Counted from the stretch's first letter, positions 39,262 to 48,642 are shown. The stretch is 64,000 nucleotides of DNA from an uncultured Candidatus Rokubacteria bacterium (GCA_963708025.1 CAVPSB010000019.1:96001-160000); one strand, 5' to 3'. Notes: generated by a model not told the origin, from the sequence alone. Numbers and translations: made by a program.

Positions 39262-40424
39262 TGGCCGTGACGACGGTCGTGGTCGGCGGTGGGATCGGCG
39301 GACTGTCCGTCGCCCGTGAGCTGACGCTCCGTGGTCTCCCGGTCGTCGTCCTCGAGAAGGCGCCGAAGCTGGCGCCGGTGGGCGCCGGCATCATCATGAA
39401 CCCCAACGCGATGCGGGTCCTGGAGCGGAACGGGCTCGCCGCCGCGCTGCGGGAGCGGGGGTGGCCGTACCTCGCCCGCGATTCTTGCGATCACCGGGGC
39501 CGGCTCCTCGCGCGGCGGGACTACCGCCCGCTCTACGCGGCCGGCACGCTCGCGGTCGGCACGCTCGTTCACCGCGCCCACCTCCACCACGCGCTCTACG
39601 ACAGCCTGCCGGCCGGGACCGTGCGTTTCGGCGCCCCGGTGGTGGACCTCGAGGTCCGCCCGGACCGGGTGGGCGTGGAGCTCGAAGGCGGGGAGCGCCT
39701 GGAGGCCGACCTCCTGGTCGGCGCCGACGGGATTCGCTCCCTGGTCCGCGAGGCGGTCTTCGGCGCCGCCGTCCCTGTCTACCTGGGCTACCGCTCGCAC
39801 CGCCTCGTCGTTGACAATCGCGACCGGATCGAGGACTTCACCGAGTTCCTCGGACGGGGTAAGCGGGTCGGCCTGGTGCCGATCTCGCGCGACTCCCTCT
39901 ACGTGTGGACGACGTTCAACTCGCCGCCGGAGTCCACCGACCACGCCCTCGCCAGCGTGGCCGAGTTCCGGGCCCGCTTCGCGGAGTTCACCGACCCCCG
40001 GGTCCGCGGCGCGCTGGCGCAGCTCGAGTCGACCGATGGGATCCTCTGCACCGACGTCGAGGAGGTCCATCAGGAGTCGTGGGTCGCGGGTCGAGTCGTG
40101 CTCCTCGGCGATGCCGCCCACGCGCTCACACCCAACATGGGGCAGGGAGCCGGCATGGCGATGGAAGACGCGGCCGTGCTGGCCGAGACGCTGGACACGG
40201 TTCGGGTGGGCGCCCGGCCGCTCCCGGCGGCGCTGACGTCCTACGTGGAGCGGCGCCGCCCACGCGTCGCCACGGTCGTGCGGCTCTCACGGGAGGTGGG
40301 GGCGGACGGCCAGCGGATCGGCCGGCTCGCCTGCTGGCTCCGCAATCGTCGGATCCGCCGTGACGGCCGGGATGTCCGCCGGGTACACGACGGGCTCGAG
40401 CGGCTGCTGGCCTATCCGATCTAG
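39261..40424 (+). CDS. FAD-dependent monooxygenase (group A)
   Basis: GGGIGG, GADGIRS, LGDAAH..PNMGQGAGMAMEDA. Confidence 0.9.
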   Translation: MAVTTVVVGGGIGGLSVARELTLRGLPVVVLEKAPKLAPVGAGIIMNPNAMRVLERNGLAAALRERGWPYLARDSCDHRGRLLARRDYRPLYAAGTLAVGTLVHRAHLHHALYDSLPAGTVRFGAPVVDLEVRPDRVGVELEGGERLEADLLVGADGIRSLVREAVFGAAVPVYLGYRSHRLVVDNRDRIEDFTEFLGRGKRVGLVPISRDSLYVWTTFNSPPESTDHALASVAEFRARFAEFTDPRVRGALAQLESTDGILCTDVEEVHQESWVAGRVVLLGDAAHALTPNMGQGAGMAMEDAAVLAETLDTVRVGARPLPAALTSYVERRRPRVATVVRLSREVGADGQRIGRLACWLRNRRIRRDGRDVRRVHDGLERLLAYPI

Positions 40425-40501
40425 GATTTCGGGGGGGTTACGCGCTGAGCGGCCGGCCATGTCCTCCAGCGCCTCGGGGCGGACGACCAGCGGGTCACCG
40501 C

Positions 40502-41167
40502 TCACGCTGGCCCTCGGGTGTCGATGCCGGTGATCTTGATGGCCGCGGCCTTGGATTTGTAGCGCCGGTTGAGCCGCACCATCACCGCGGTCAGACCCTC
40601 GAGGATCGCCGCCATCGTGAGCGGCCCGGCGTCGAGGGCACGGACCCCGAGGTCTTCGATCAACCGCATGGCCGCCGCTTTCGCCGCGGCGTCGTCCCCG
40701 CAGACCAGCACGTCGGCATCCAGCGGGTGGTCCAGGCTCGACAGCTCGTGGGCGGCCAGGGCGTGGAGCCCGGCCACCACTCGCGCCTCGGCTCCGAGGA
40801 TCGCCTGGGCCTCCTCGGCCGCCGAGCCCGCCGGGGGGGGCGCGTAGAGCCGCGGGCCCTTGAAGTCGAGCGGCACGACGGTCTCCAGGACGATCTTGCC
40901 CGCGAGCACCGGGCGGAGCGTGGCGAGGAGCGCCCCGTGGCTCTCGTACGGCACCGCGACCACGACCAGCTCGCCCTCGCGGCTGGCCGCCTCGTTCGTC
41001 CGGCCGTCGAACAGGCCGCCGGGCACGAGGCGCGCCAGTTCGCGGGCCCGCTCGAAGGCGCGCTCCGCGCTCCGGGACCCGATGAGGACCTCGTGGCCGG
41101 CGCGCGCCCAGCGAAGCGCGAGCCCGGTGCCCTCCTTGCCGGTTCCACCGAGGATCGCCACGATCAC
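40502..41167 (-). CDS. npdG: F420H2:NADP+ oxidoreductase
   Basis: ILGGTGKEG.GLA.RWA, IGSRS, GSAAE, DVLVCGDD, LN.RYK. Confidence 0.88.
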   Translation of the reverse strand: MIVAILGGTGKEGTGLALRWARAGHEVLIGSRSAERAFERARELARLVPGGLFDGRTNEAASREGELVVVAVPYESHGALLATLRPVLAGKIVLETVVPLDFKGPRLYAPPPAGSAAEEAQAILGAEARVVAGLHALAAHELSSLDHPLDADVLVCGDDAAAKAAAMRLIEDLGVRALDAGPLTMAAILEGLTAVMVRLNRRYKSKAAAIKITGIDTRGPA

Positions 41168-42093
41168 GGGCGTCTCCCCCTCGATGCCCACCACGCGGTC
41201 AACCCCAGCCCGGCCGCCGTGGCGACGGCGACCGGCCAGAAGTTGGTGTGGAGGACCGGGATCGCGGAGAACGCCGAGCGGCGCTGCGCCGGGCGGAGCC
41301 GACCGTCGAGGATCGCGTCCACGACGGCCATGGCCTCGGTGAGGAGGACCCCCAGGATCGCCTTGGCGAAGGCGGGATCGGCCAGCGCGGGATGGCCCAC
41401 GTAGCCCTGTCCGCCGTCCCGGAGGGGGTAGTTGGGACGGAGCCGGGCCATCAGCGAGTAGCGCGCCGGCGGCAGCGTCCGGTAGGCCGGGTTGACCAGC
41501 TCGGGGTGGAGTGCGAGCATGACCGACGTCTCCAGCAGGCCGCCGTGGGCGTCGTCGGCGAGGGCCGCCCGCTCCTCGGCCGAGAGGGTCCGCCCGAGCG
41601 CGGCTTCGATCTTGTCGGTGTACCGGCCCCGGAGAAATTCCCAGGCCAGGTGGCCGGTGAACGAGGCCATGGTGACGCCGTAGCGTCGGGACACGATGGC
41701 GGCTGCCTCTTCGAGCGCCACCAGGTGGCCGGGCCCGGCGTGACCGCTCGCCACCAGGATGGCGCGGAAGCCCGCCCGCGCCAGCGAGCTGCCGTAGTCC
41801 ACCAGGACGTCCCGTACCACGCGCTGGCGCATCGAGACCGTGCCGGGCGCCTCGAAGGCGAAGCAGCCGAGATGGAGGGGCGGGGCCAGGACGGCGGTCC
41901 AGCCGGGCCGGGTGGTCGTGAGGCGCTCCGCGACCGCTTCTGCGAGCTGCCGGGCCGTGAAGGCGTCTACGCCGAGGGGGAGGTGCGGGCCGTGCTCCTC
42001 GAGCGGGCTCACCGTGAGGAGGATGACGGTGCGGTCGCGGTCCAGGGCGTCGAGCGCCGGCGAGGAGAGCTCCTCGAGGCGATGCGTGCTCAT
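41164..42093 (-). CDS. Creatininase-family amidohydrolase with a C-terminal hydrophobic tail
   Basis: PLEEHGPHLPLGVD, SGH, DAHGG..ETS. Confidence 0.85.
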   Translation of the reverse strand: MSTHRLEELSSPALDALDRDRTVILLTVSPLEEHGPHLPLGVDAFTARQLAEAVAERLTTTRPGWTAVLAPPLHLGCFAFEAPGTVSMRQRVVRDVLVDYGSSLARAGFRAILVASGHAGPGHLVALEEAAAIVSRRYGVTMASFTGHLAWEFLRGRYTDKIEAALGRTLSAEERAALADDAHGGLLETSVMLALHPELVNPAYRTLPPARYSLMARLRPNYPLRDGGQGYVGHPALADPAFAKAILGVLLTEAMAVVDAILDGRLRPAQRRSAFSAIPVLHTNFWPVAVATAAGLGLTAWWASRGRRP

Positions 42094-43544
42094 GCAAAGC
42101 TGCTCGTGGTCGCCTTCAGGTAATCCTCCTTGGCGCGCTCGAGCTCCGCGATGATCGCCTCCCGTTCGGCCAGGAGGCGCGAGGCGCCGTGGTGCCGGGT
42201 CAGGACGAGCGCCGCGAAACGGAGCCGGTTCCGCAGCCGGCCGAGGCCGGCCCAGTAGTGGTAGGCCACGACACCGCTCAGCGGGAGCGACGCCGCGAAG
42301 ACCGCCGCCCAGCGGAGGCCGGCCCACCGCCAGACGAGCCACGTCTCGATTCCCCAGATCAGCGGGAAGGCGACGATGCTGGTCAGGAGCCGCACCGTGG
42401 CATAGTCCGTCTCCTTTCGGGCGAGGCGGCGGGAGAGCCAGCGCGGCAGGAAGTATGGCAGCGCATTGACGACGACGCCGTACGCGAAAATCGGCAGCCC
42501 CAGCACCGCGACGCCCGAGGTGCGGAGCCGGCTCCGGGGCCGGCTCCCCGGGGCCCCCCCGAGCCGAGCCTGGACCGCCTGATCGCGGATCCGGTACTCG
42601 GCCAGCATGGCGCGGTAGCCCTGGATGCGCTGCCACAGCCGCTCCACGCGCTCGGGCTCGCGCGCCTTGAAATGCGTGACGGCGTCCCCGATGGCGCGGG
42701 AGAGGCGGAGGGGGTCGATCTCGCCGCGCTGGAGACCGCGGTCCGCCTGGAGCTGACGCACCAGCTCGCTCCGGTACAGCTCCTCCACGGCCCGCGCCAG
42801 CTCGGCGGCGTCGATCCGGTCGGCGTGGATGACCTGGGCTTCCATCGCCCACTGGAGCCGCGTCGTCAACGCGTCCACCGCCTTGGCCGGGTCCTCGCGG
42901 TAGATGGCCCGGTGCGGAGCGACCGGCACCGGCGCGCCGAAGGCGATCAGCACGCGGCCCCGGAACGACTTGCGAGCCTCGAAGGACAGCCCGACGGGGA
43001 TCACCGCCAGCTCGTCTCCGCCCCGGCCGGGGCGGTCGGCCTCGTAGGCCAGCGCGATGCGCGCCGCGCCGGTCTTGATCCGCTGGACTCGCCCCTCGGC
43101 GTGGGTGGTTCCCTCCGGGTAGATGCCGATCAACCGGCCCTCGCGGAGCGCCTCCAGGCAGGCGGCGAACATCTCGACGTTCCGGTCCATCTTGTCCGGG
43201 TCGTCCTGACGCCGGTAGACAGGGATGGCGCCACAGCGACGGAGGAACATCGCCATCAGCGGATGGCGGAACAGGGCGGCCGTGGCCAGGTAGTGGACCT
43301 TGCGCGGTATGGCGACCCCGACCAGCAGCGAGTCGATCAGGTTGTTGGGGTGGTTGATGCAGAGGAGCACGGGCCCCCGGTCGGGCACCCGCTCGGGATG
43401 CCGGACCTCCACGGCCTTGAAGAAGAACCAGACCCAGAAGCGCCCGAGCAGCCGGACGGCGGTGTAGAAGCGATCCCTGCGCTCCGGCGAGGCTGGCGAT
43501 CCGGGGGACTCGGGCGCTCCAGCGGCCGCCCCGCGCGAGCTCAC
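42090..43544 (-). CDS. Lysophospholipid/glycerol-phosphate acyltransferase
   Basis: NHPNNLID (HX4D), YPEG, KTGAAR; C-terminal TM helices. Confidence 0.88.
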   Translation of the reverse strand: MSSRGAAAGAPESPGSPASPERRDRFYTAVRLLGRFWVWFFFKAVEVRHPERVPDRGPVLLCINHPNNLIDSLLVGVAIPRKVHYLATAALFRHPLMAMFLRRCGAIPVYRRQDDPDKMDRNVEMFAACLEALREGRLIGIYPEGTTHAEGRVQRIKTGAARIALAYEADRPGRGGDELAVIPVGLSFEARKSFRGRVLIAFGAPVPVAPHRAIYREDPAKAVDALTTRLQWAMEAQVIHADRIDAAELARAVEELYRSELVRQLQADRGLQRGEIDPLRLSRAIGDAVTHFKAREPERVERLWQRIQGYRAMLAEYRIRDQAVQARLGGAPGSRPRSRLRTSGVAVLGLPIFAYGVVVNALPYFLPRWLSRRLARKETDYATVRLLTSIVAFPLIWGIETWLVWRWAGLRWAAVFAASLPLSGVVAYHYWAGLGRLRNRLRFAALVLTRHHGASRLLAEREAIIAELERAKEDYLKATTSSFA

Positions 43545-43840
43545 GTCCGGAACCGGCGCCAGAACAGCAGGAATCGCGCGGACTTCAGCGTCATCGCGCC
43601 CCAGTGTAGGAAACGCGGGACGCGCGTGTCAAGGATGGGACGGGCGCCGACGATGCACGATCGCGTGATGACTCGACACTTCTGTCTTGACACCGTGGCG
43701 GCTCTGCAGTTCAGTAGGAGGTGACGCGAGGATGAGGCGCCGTCCCGCGTCGCGGCAGGAACCCTCAAGGAGGCTGGTGATGGAGACTCCACCGGACCTG
43801 CCAGGCGCGCCATCGGGGCTGGCTGCCTGATGGCGCGCGG

Positions 43841-43958
43841 CTTCGACTGAAGGACACGTCATCCCGGCTCCTGCCGGGACGCGCAGCGAGCCTGCGCAAG
43901 ACCACGAAGTCCCGGGGACGGTCGCGGTGCACCGCCGACGTCCCCGGGCTTGTTTTTT
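43841..43958 (+). ncRNA. Candidate riboswitch aptamer plus intrinsic terminator
   Basis: Stem CTTCG/CGAAG encloses two hairpins; followed by CCCGGGGACG..CGTCCCCGGG-CTTGTTTTTT just before the RBS. Confidence 0.45.
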
Positions 43959-43972
43959 CGCGAGGAGGTAGC

Positions 43973-44314
43973 GTGATCACCAAGGAGACCGAGCGTTCCA
44001 CCTATCTCGACGTCCACGGCATGGCGTGGGAGCCGAGCCCGTACCCGGGCATCGAGAACAAGGTCCTGTACGCGGAGCCGGCCGGCCGGCGCACCGTCCT
44101 CACGCGCTTCGCGCCCGGCGCCCGGCTGCCCCGCCACCGCCACGTCGGCCTGGAGCAGAGCTTCGCCCTGGAAGGCACGCTGGTGGACGACGACGGGGCG
44201 TGCACGGCAGGGAACTTCGTGTGGCGCCGGCCGGGCTCGGTCCACAGCGCCTGGTCCCCGGAGGGCTGCGTGGTCCTCGGCATCTTCGAAGCCCCCAACG
44301 AGTTCCTTCGCTGA
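43973..44314 (+). CDS. ChrR-like cupin domain protein
   Basis: W..SPYPGI, LPRHRH.GLEQ..LEG, RPGSVH. Confidence 0.85.
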   Translation: MITKETERSTYLDVHGMAWEPSPYPGIENKVLYAEPAGRRTVLTRFAPGARLPRHRHVGLEQSFALEGTLVDDDGACTAGNFVWRRPGSVHSAWSPEGCVVLGIFEAPNEFLR

Positions 44315-44725
44315 CCGGAGCCCTCGAGGTCTCGCGGCCGAGCGAGCCGGCTGAGCCTCGGCCCGCCTGACCCGGTCGAGGCCGCACCACTTCCGCCCGC
44401 TCCCCTGACCACTCGGGGACCACACGCACGGTGGCCCCCGCAGCGGTGGGGATGCCGTGAACCGGCCTCGAAGCGCCAGCCCGCTCAGTTCCTGACCGTG
44501 ACTGCGGTCACGGTCTAGCCATTCTGTCACTTCCGCCCGGGCCCCCGGGAGACGCCGGCAGCTGGAAGCGCCCGTGTCTCAAGGGGTCTACCATTAGGTG
44601 TTACCGTGGCATCATATTTGCTGGAAAACCCTGAGCCTGATGCCGGTCGCTGATCGCTAGAATCGCCGCCACCACACCCGCCGACGGTCGGATCCACTCG
44701 AGTCGGTAGTAGGGGAGGGGGGACC

Positions 44726-45478
44726 ATGCCTCGCACGCTCGCGTTCCTTGCCTGCCTGCCGCTGATCCTGGTCGCCTGGCAGAGTCCGGCGACGGCCCAG
44801 GACAGCGTTCTGTACGAGGTGGTCGAGAACCTCGACGTGTCTCGGCTCGAGGAGGGCGTCCGCGTGTCGTACTGGACCGCGCAGGGCCGGGCCCGGGCCG
44901 GGTCGCCGTTTTGCCCGGAGGAGGCGCTGGCCCGCATCAGGTCGAAGGCGAAGTCGTGCTCGGTGACCGCCTTCGGGACGGATTCGATCGATCTCCTCAC
45001 TCTGCACGGCACCGTGTGGGCCAACATCGCTTCGGTCGTGAACTGCGACAACGTCGTGGACGCCCCCGAGTGCGTCGTCCTGACCGGTCAGATGGAGGGG
45101 CTGGTCTCGCTGGTGCCGTTCGAGGGCGCTCCCGTCGTCCCCGAGCTCGGCAAGCGCCGGCAGATCATCGGCCCGGCGGTTCCCCTGATCTATGTCGTCG
45201 GCACGTTCAGCCCGGACGACGAGGTCACGCTGCGCCAGTCGCCCCCCGACAAGCCGCCGCCGCCGGGGCCGATCCAGCTCCAGGCGACGTTCCGGCTCCC
45301 CTTCCAGATCTCCAAGAAGGGAAGGCCGGTGCCGGCCCAGCCGGACAAGGCCTTCTACCTCGACGACGACGGGAGCCTGATCAAGGTGCACCGGAACGAG
45401 TCCGCCCTGGGTGTGCCGGTTCTCCGCGCCGAGGTGACCTTCGAGCGCCCGCACCGACCGGGGAGGCACCACCGCTAG
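44726..45478 (+). CDS. Secreted hypothetical protein
   Basis: RBS, signal peptide (ATA-Q), 4 Cys, host-like codon usage. Confidence 0.7.
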   Translation: MPRTLAFLACLPLILVAWQSPATAQDSVLYEVVENLDVSRLEEGVRVSYWTAQGRARAGSPFCPEEALARIRSKAKSCSVTAFGTDSIDLLTLHGTVWANIASVVNCDNVVDAPECVVLTGQMEGLVSLVPFEGAPVVPELGKRRQIIGPAVPLIYVVGTFSPDDEVTLRQSPPDKPPPPGPIQLQATFRLPFQISKKGRPVPAQPDKAFYLDDDGSLIKVHRNESALGVPVLRAEVTFERPHRPGRHHR

Positions 45479-45512
45479 GAGGCGACCCGGCGGCCGCGGC
45501 CGGGTTCGAGCC

Positions 45513-46898
45513 TTACCGGAAGAGGTCCTGGGAGGGGTCGCGAAGGAGCTCGCGCGCCGAGCCGGCGCCGGGGGTGTAGGCGTAGCCGCGAACCAGGGCC
45601 ACCGGCACCGCGTCCAGCTTTCCCATCACCAGCTCGGCCGCGCTGGCCAGCTCGTCGGCGACGGCGAGCACCGTCGCCTGCAGGACGTAGCCGTGGATGT
45701 CCGGTACCCCCAGGTAGCTCCGGAGCGGCCGCATCCCGGCGACGCCGATGGCCACGTTCTGGAGGCCCTCGCGCCACGGACGGCCGAAGGTGTCGGCGAC
45801 GATGACCGCGACGTCGGCGCCGGCGAGCGCGCGGAAGCGCTCGACCAGCGCCCGGGCCGAGGCGTCGGGGTCTTCGGGGAGCAGGCTGACCCAGCCGGCG
45901 CCGGCGTTCGACTGATCCACCCCGGCGTTGGCGCAGACCTGGCCATGGCGGGTCTCGGTGATCAAGATACCCCGGTCCATGCGCACGACGCGCCGGGACT
46001 CGCGCAGGATCACCTCGACGAGTCGTGGATCCTTCTTGAGGCTCCCTCCCACCTCGATCGCGAAGGGGGACGGCGTGACTTCGGCCAGCCGCACCATGCG
46101 GCCCTCGGCCTTCGACACCACCTTCTGGCTCACCACGGTGACGTCGCCGGTCGCCAGCGGCGTGCCCTGGGCGGCCGCGGCGCCCAGGACCAGGGCGGCG
46201 AGGTCATCGCCCGGCCGGACCTCGGGGATGCCCCGGATGCCGAGCACCTCGAGGCGGGGCGCTGTCCCGTAGCCGAACGAGCGGAGCAGTCCCGCCGCGC
46301 GGGTGTGGGCGCCGAGGGCGAGGAGCGCCTCGAGGTCCTCCGGGGCGTCGATGTCGAGGCCGGCGCCGGGCAGCCCCAGGATCACCGGCTCGATGCCCCG
46401 GGCTCGGGCGGCGGCGACATGGTCGGCGAACGAGGGCTCGCCGAAGCGCAGCGGGAGGGCGTCGGGCGGGGCGAGGCAGGCGGCGTTGGTGCCGAGGCCG
46501 CTGTGCGACGGCACGAGGACGGCCGCCGGCGGCCGGCCGCAGGCCGCCAGCACGGCGCGCACCTCGCCGGCGGTCAAGCACGGGAGATCGCCGGGGACCG
46601 TGAGCATGACGGCCGCTCCCAGCTCCCGGCAGGCGTCCAGCCCTCGGGCCACCGCCGCCGTGTGCCCCTCGCTCTCGCGCTCCACGAGCACCGCGGCCCC
46701 TTGGGCCTCGGCGAGCGCGCGGACATCCGCGTCGGGCGTCACCACCACGATCCGGTCGAGGCCGCCGTCCCGGAGCGCCGCCAGCACGTCCTCCAGCATC
46801 GCGCGGGCCAGGGCCGAGCGGGCTTCTGCGGGGAGCGCCCGGGCCAGGCGCTGCTTGGCGCTCCCGAACTCCTTGGCGGGAACGACCGCCACCTTCAT
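45513..46898 (-). CDS. cofC-cofE: Fused CofC (guanylyltransferase)-CofE (F420-0:gamma-glutamyl ligase)
   Basis: VVPAK..AKQRL, PGDLP, GTNA, FG..SF..H, DIDAPEDL, then GIPEVRPGDDL, SQKVVSKAEG, ANAGVDQSN, DTFGRPWR, ADELAS. Confidence 0.9.
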   Translation of the reverse strand: MKVAVVPAKEFGSAKQRLARALPAEARSALARAMLEDVLAALRDGGLDRIVVVTPDADVRALAEAQGAAVLVERESEGHTAAVARGLDACRELGAAVMLTVPGDLPCLTAGEVRAVLAACGRPPAAVLVPSHSGLGTNAACLAPPDALPLRFGEPSFADHVAAARARGIEPVILGLPGAGLDIDAPEDLEALLALGAHTRAAGLLRSFGYGTAPRLEVLGIRGIPEVRPGDDLAALVLGAAAAQGTPLATGDVTVVSQKVVSKAEGRMVRLAEVTPSPFAIEVGGSLKKDPRLVEVILRESRRVVRMDRGILITETRHGQVCANAGVDQSNAGAGWVSLLPEDPDASARALVERFRALAGADVAVIVADTFGRPWREGLQNVAIGVAGMRPLRSYLGVPDIHGYVLQATVLAVADELASAAELVMGKLDAVPVALVRGYAYTPGAGSARELLRDPSQDLFR

Positions 46899-47851
46899 CG
46901 TGGGACACCCGCCGTGTCCAGGACCAGCCGGGCCAGGCGCGCCTCGCCTTCCGCCCCGGTCATCAGCGTGTCGCCGACGATGGGGCGGACGCCGCGCGCC
47001 GCCAGATCGGGGGCCAGCGCCGCGTCCCGGCGGTCCACGACGAGGGCGTCGAGCCACGGGGAGTAGAGCATGGCCACGCTCACGGCCGAGACCGGCAGCC
47101 CGCGGGCGGCGAGAAGCTTTCCGGCCGGTCCGCTCACCGGCGCGTCCCCGATGATCGGGCTCACCGCGACCACCGGGGCCGGGGTGGTCACGAGCGCCTC
47201 CATGATGCCGGGGACCGCCAGGACGGGGCCGATCGAGGTCACCGGATTGGAGCAGCAGACGATGACCGCCTCGGCGTGCCGGATCTCGTCGAGGAGCCCC
47301 GGCGCCGGTCGAGCAGCGCCGGCGCCTTCGTAGGCCACCCCCCGGATCTCGGGCTGGGCCTTCTCGCGGACGAAGAACTCCTGGAAGCCGAGCCAGCCGT
47401 CGCGGGTCAGGATGCGCGTGCGGACCCGGTCATCCGACATCGGACAGAGGCGCACCCGCACGCCCAGGGCGGCGGCGATCACGCGGGTCGCCTCGGAGAG
47501 CGAGGCTCCGCTCAGCAGGAGGTCGGTGCGGGCGAGGTGGGTCGCGAGATCGCGGTCGCCGAGACCGAACCACGTGTCCCGGCCGAGGCGGCCCATGCCG
47601 GCCCGGCAGTGGAAGGTGTCGTCCCGGACGCCCCAGCCCTTGACGGGATCGAGCAGACCGGCCAGCGCGTACATCACCGAGTCGAGGTCCGGCGAGACGT
47701 GGAGGCCCCAGCACTCGAGGTCGTCTCCGGTGTTGCCGACGACCAGGAGGCGCTCGGGATCGATGGCGCCGGCGAGGCCCCGGAGGAGCTTGGCGGCGCC
47801 CGTACCTCCAGCCAGCGCAACGATCATCTCGGGCACATCCATCTCGGGCAC
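46895..47851 (-). CDS. cofD: 2-phospho-L-lactate transferase
   Basis: ALAGGTGAAK, NTGDD, SPDLDS, LGDRDLATH, SNP..SIGP, SGPA. Confidence 0.93.
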   Translation of the reverse strand: MPEMDVPEMIVALAGGTGAAKLLRGLAGAIDPERLLVVGNTGDDLECWGLHVSPDLDSVMYALAGLLDPVKGWGVRDDTFHCRAGMGRLGRDTWFGLGDRDLATHLARTDLLLSGASLSEATRVIAAALGVRVRLCPMSDDRVRTRILTRDGWLGFQEFFVREKAQPEIRGVAYEGAGAARPAPGLLDEIRHAEAVIVCCSNPVTSIGPVLAVPGIMEALVTTPAPVVAVSPIIGDAPVSGPAGKLLAARGLPVSAVSVAMLYSPWLDALVVDRRDAALAPDLAARGVRPIVGDTLMTGAEGEARLARLVLDTAGVPR

Positions 47852-47878
47852 ATCGTTCAGTCGGAACTAGACTGACCC

Positions 47879-48086
47879 GCGCCGGGTTGAGAAGCGAGCA
47901 GCCCTAGGACGCAGGGAGTCGCCGACCGCAGGCGTACTCCGAGTACGCCGAGGATCGGCGACGACCGAAGGCCGTCCGAACGACGACCATAGGCCGGGAC
48001 GGACGCGAGGCCGAAAGCCGTCCGATCGACGTAGGCCGAGCGCGTCACGGCCGAGATGGACGCTGCGAAGCTTATCGACCCGGCGC
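47879..48086 (-). repeat. Structured repeat family B, copy 2
   Basis: Reverse match to 61070-61263; terminal IR matching 15/17. Confidence 0.85.
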
Positions 48087-48635
48087 TCAGCGGCCGCGGC
48101 GCCCGCGCTCTATCTCCGGCAACGCGATCGTGTAGCTCCCTGGCCGGCGCCAGGCGTGAAGCCCCGTCCCCGGGCGGCCGCGCAGCGAAGCGGGGAGTGA
48201 CGCCTCGGGGACGGGGATGAAGCCGAACCGCACCCACAGGCGGTCGAGGCCCTGGGGTCGCGTGAACAGGGTGTTGATCCCGAGTTGGGCGGCCTGACCG
48301 AGGAGGGGTGCCACGAGCTGCGCCGCCACCTCGAGCGACTCGCCTCCGGCCGGGGGTGCGACCACGACCGGCCCATGGACGAACCCGTGCTCCGCGTGGC
48401 GCTCGACCAGCACCCCACCCACGAGCCGGTCGTTCTCCACCACCGCTTCCCATCCGAGCTCGACCGGGCCTGGCGGCGGTGCCCACGCTCCTGCGAAGTC
48501 GAAGAGCTGCCGGATCTTGCCCGCCCCGGCCTGGCTCGGGCGGTAGAGAACGCCCTGCCAGGTGCGGGGTGGGGGAACCGCGGCCGCCGGCTCGGCCGCC
48601 GGGGGGCTAACCGGCCGCCGGGCCGACCGCGGCAT
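48087..48635 (-). CDS. GNAT-like hypothetical protein
   Basis: VVENDRLVGGV...LFT...WVRFGF pattern. Confidence 0.55.
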   Translation of the reverse strand: MPRSARRPVSPPAAEPAAAVPPPRTWQGVLYRPSQAGAGKIRQLFDFAGAWAPPPGPVELGWEAVVENDRLVGGVLVERHAEHGFVHGPVVVAPPAGGESLEVAAQLVAPLLGQAAQLGINTLFTRPQGLDRLWVRFGFIPVPEASLPASLRGRPGTGLHAWRRPGSYTIALPEIERGRRGR

Positions 48636-48642
48636 GGCGCGC

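Noticed and set aside
41164-42093. Mycofactocin system (creatininase = MftE, SDR at 62093)
   Set aside because: No mftA precursor, mftB or mftC in the window
43775-43838. GGTGATGGAG..CCACC resembling a fluoride riboswitch
   Set aside because: No downstream CTGATG + CTCC pseudoknot partner and no fluoride-related gene
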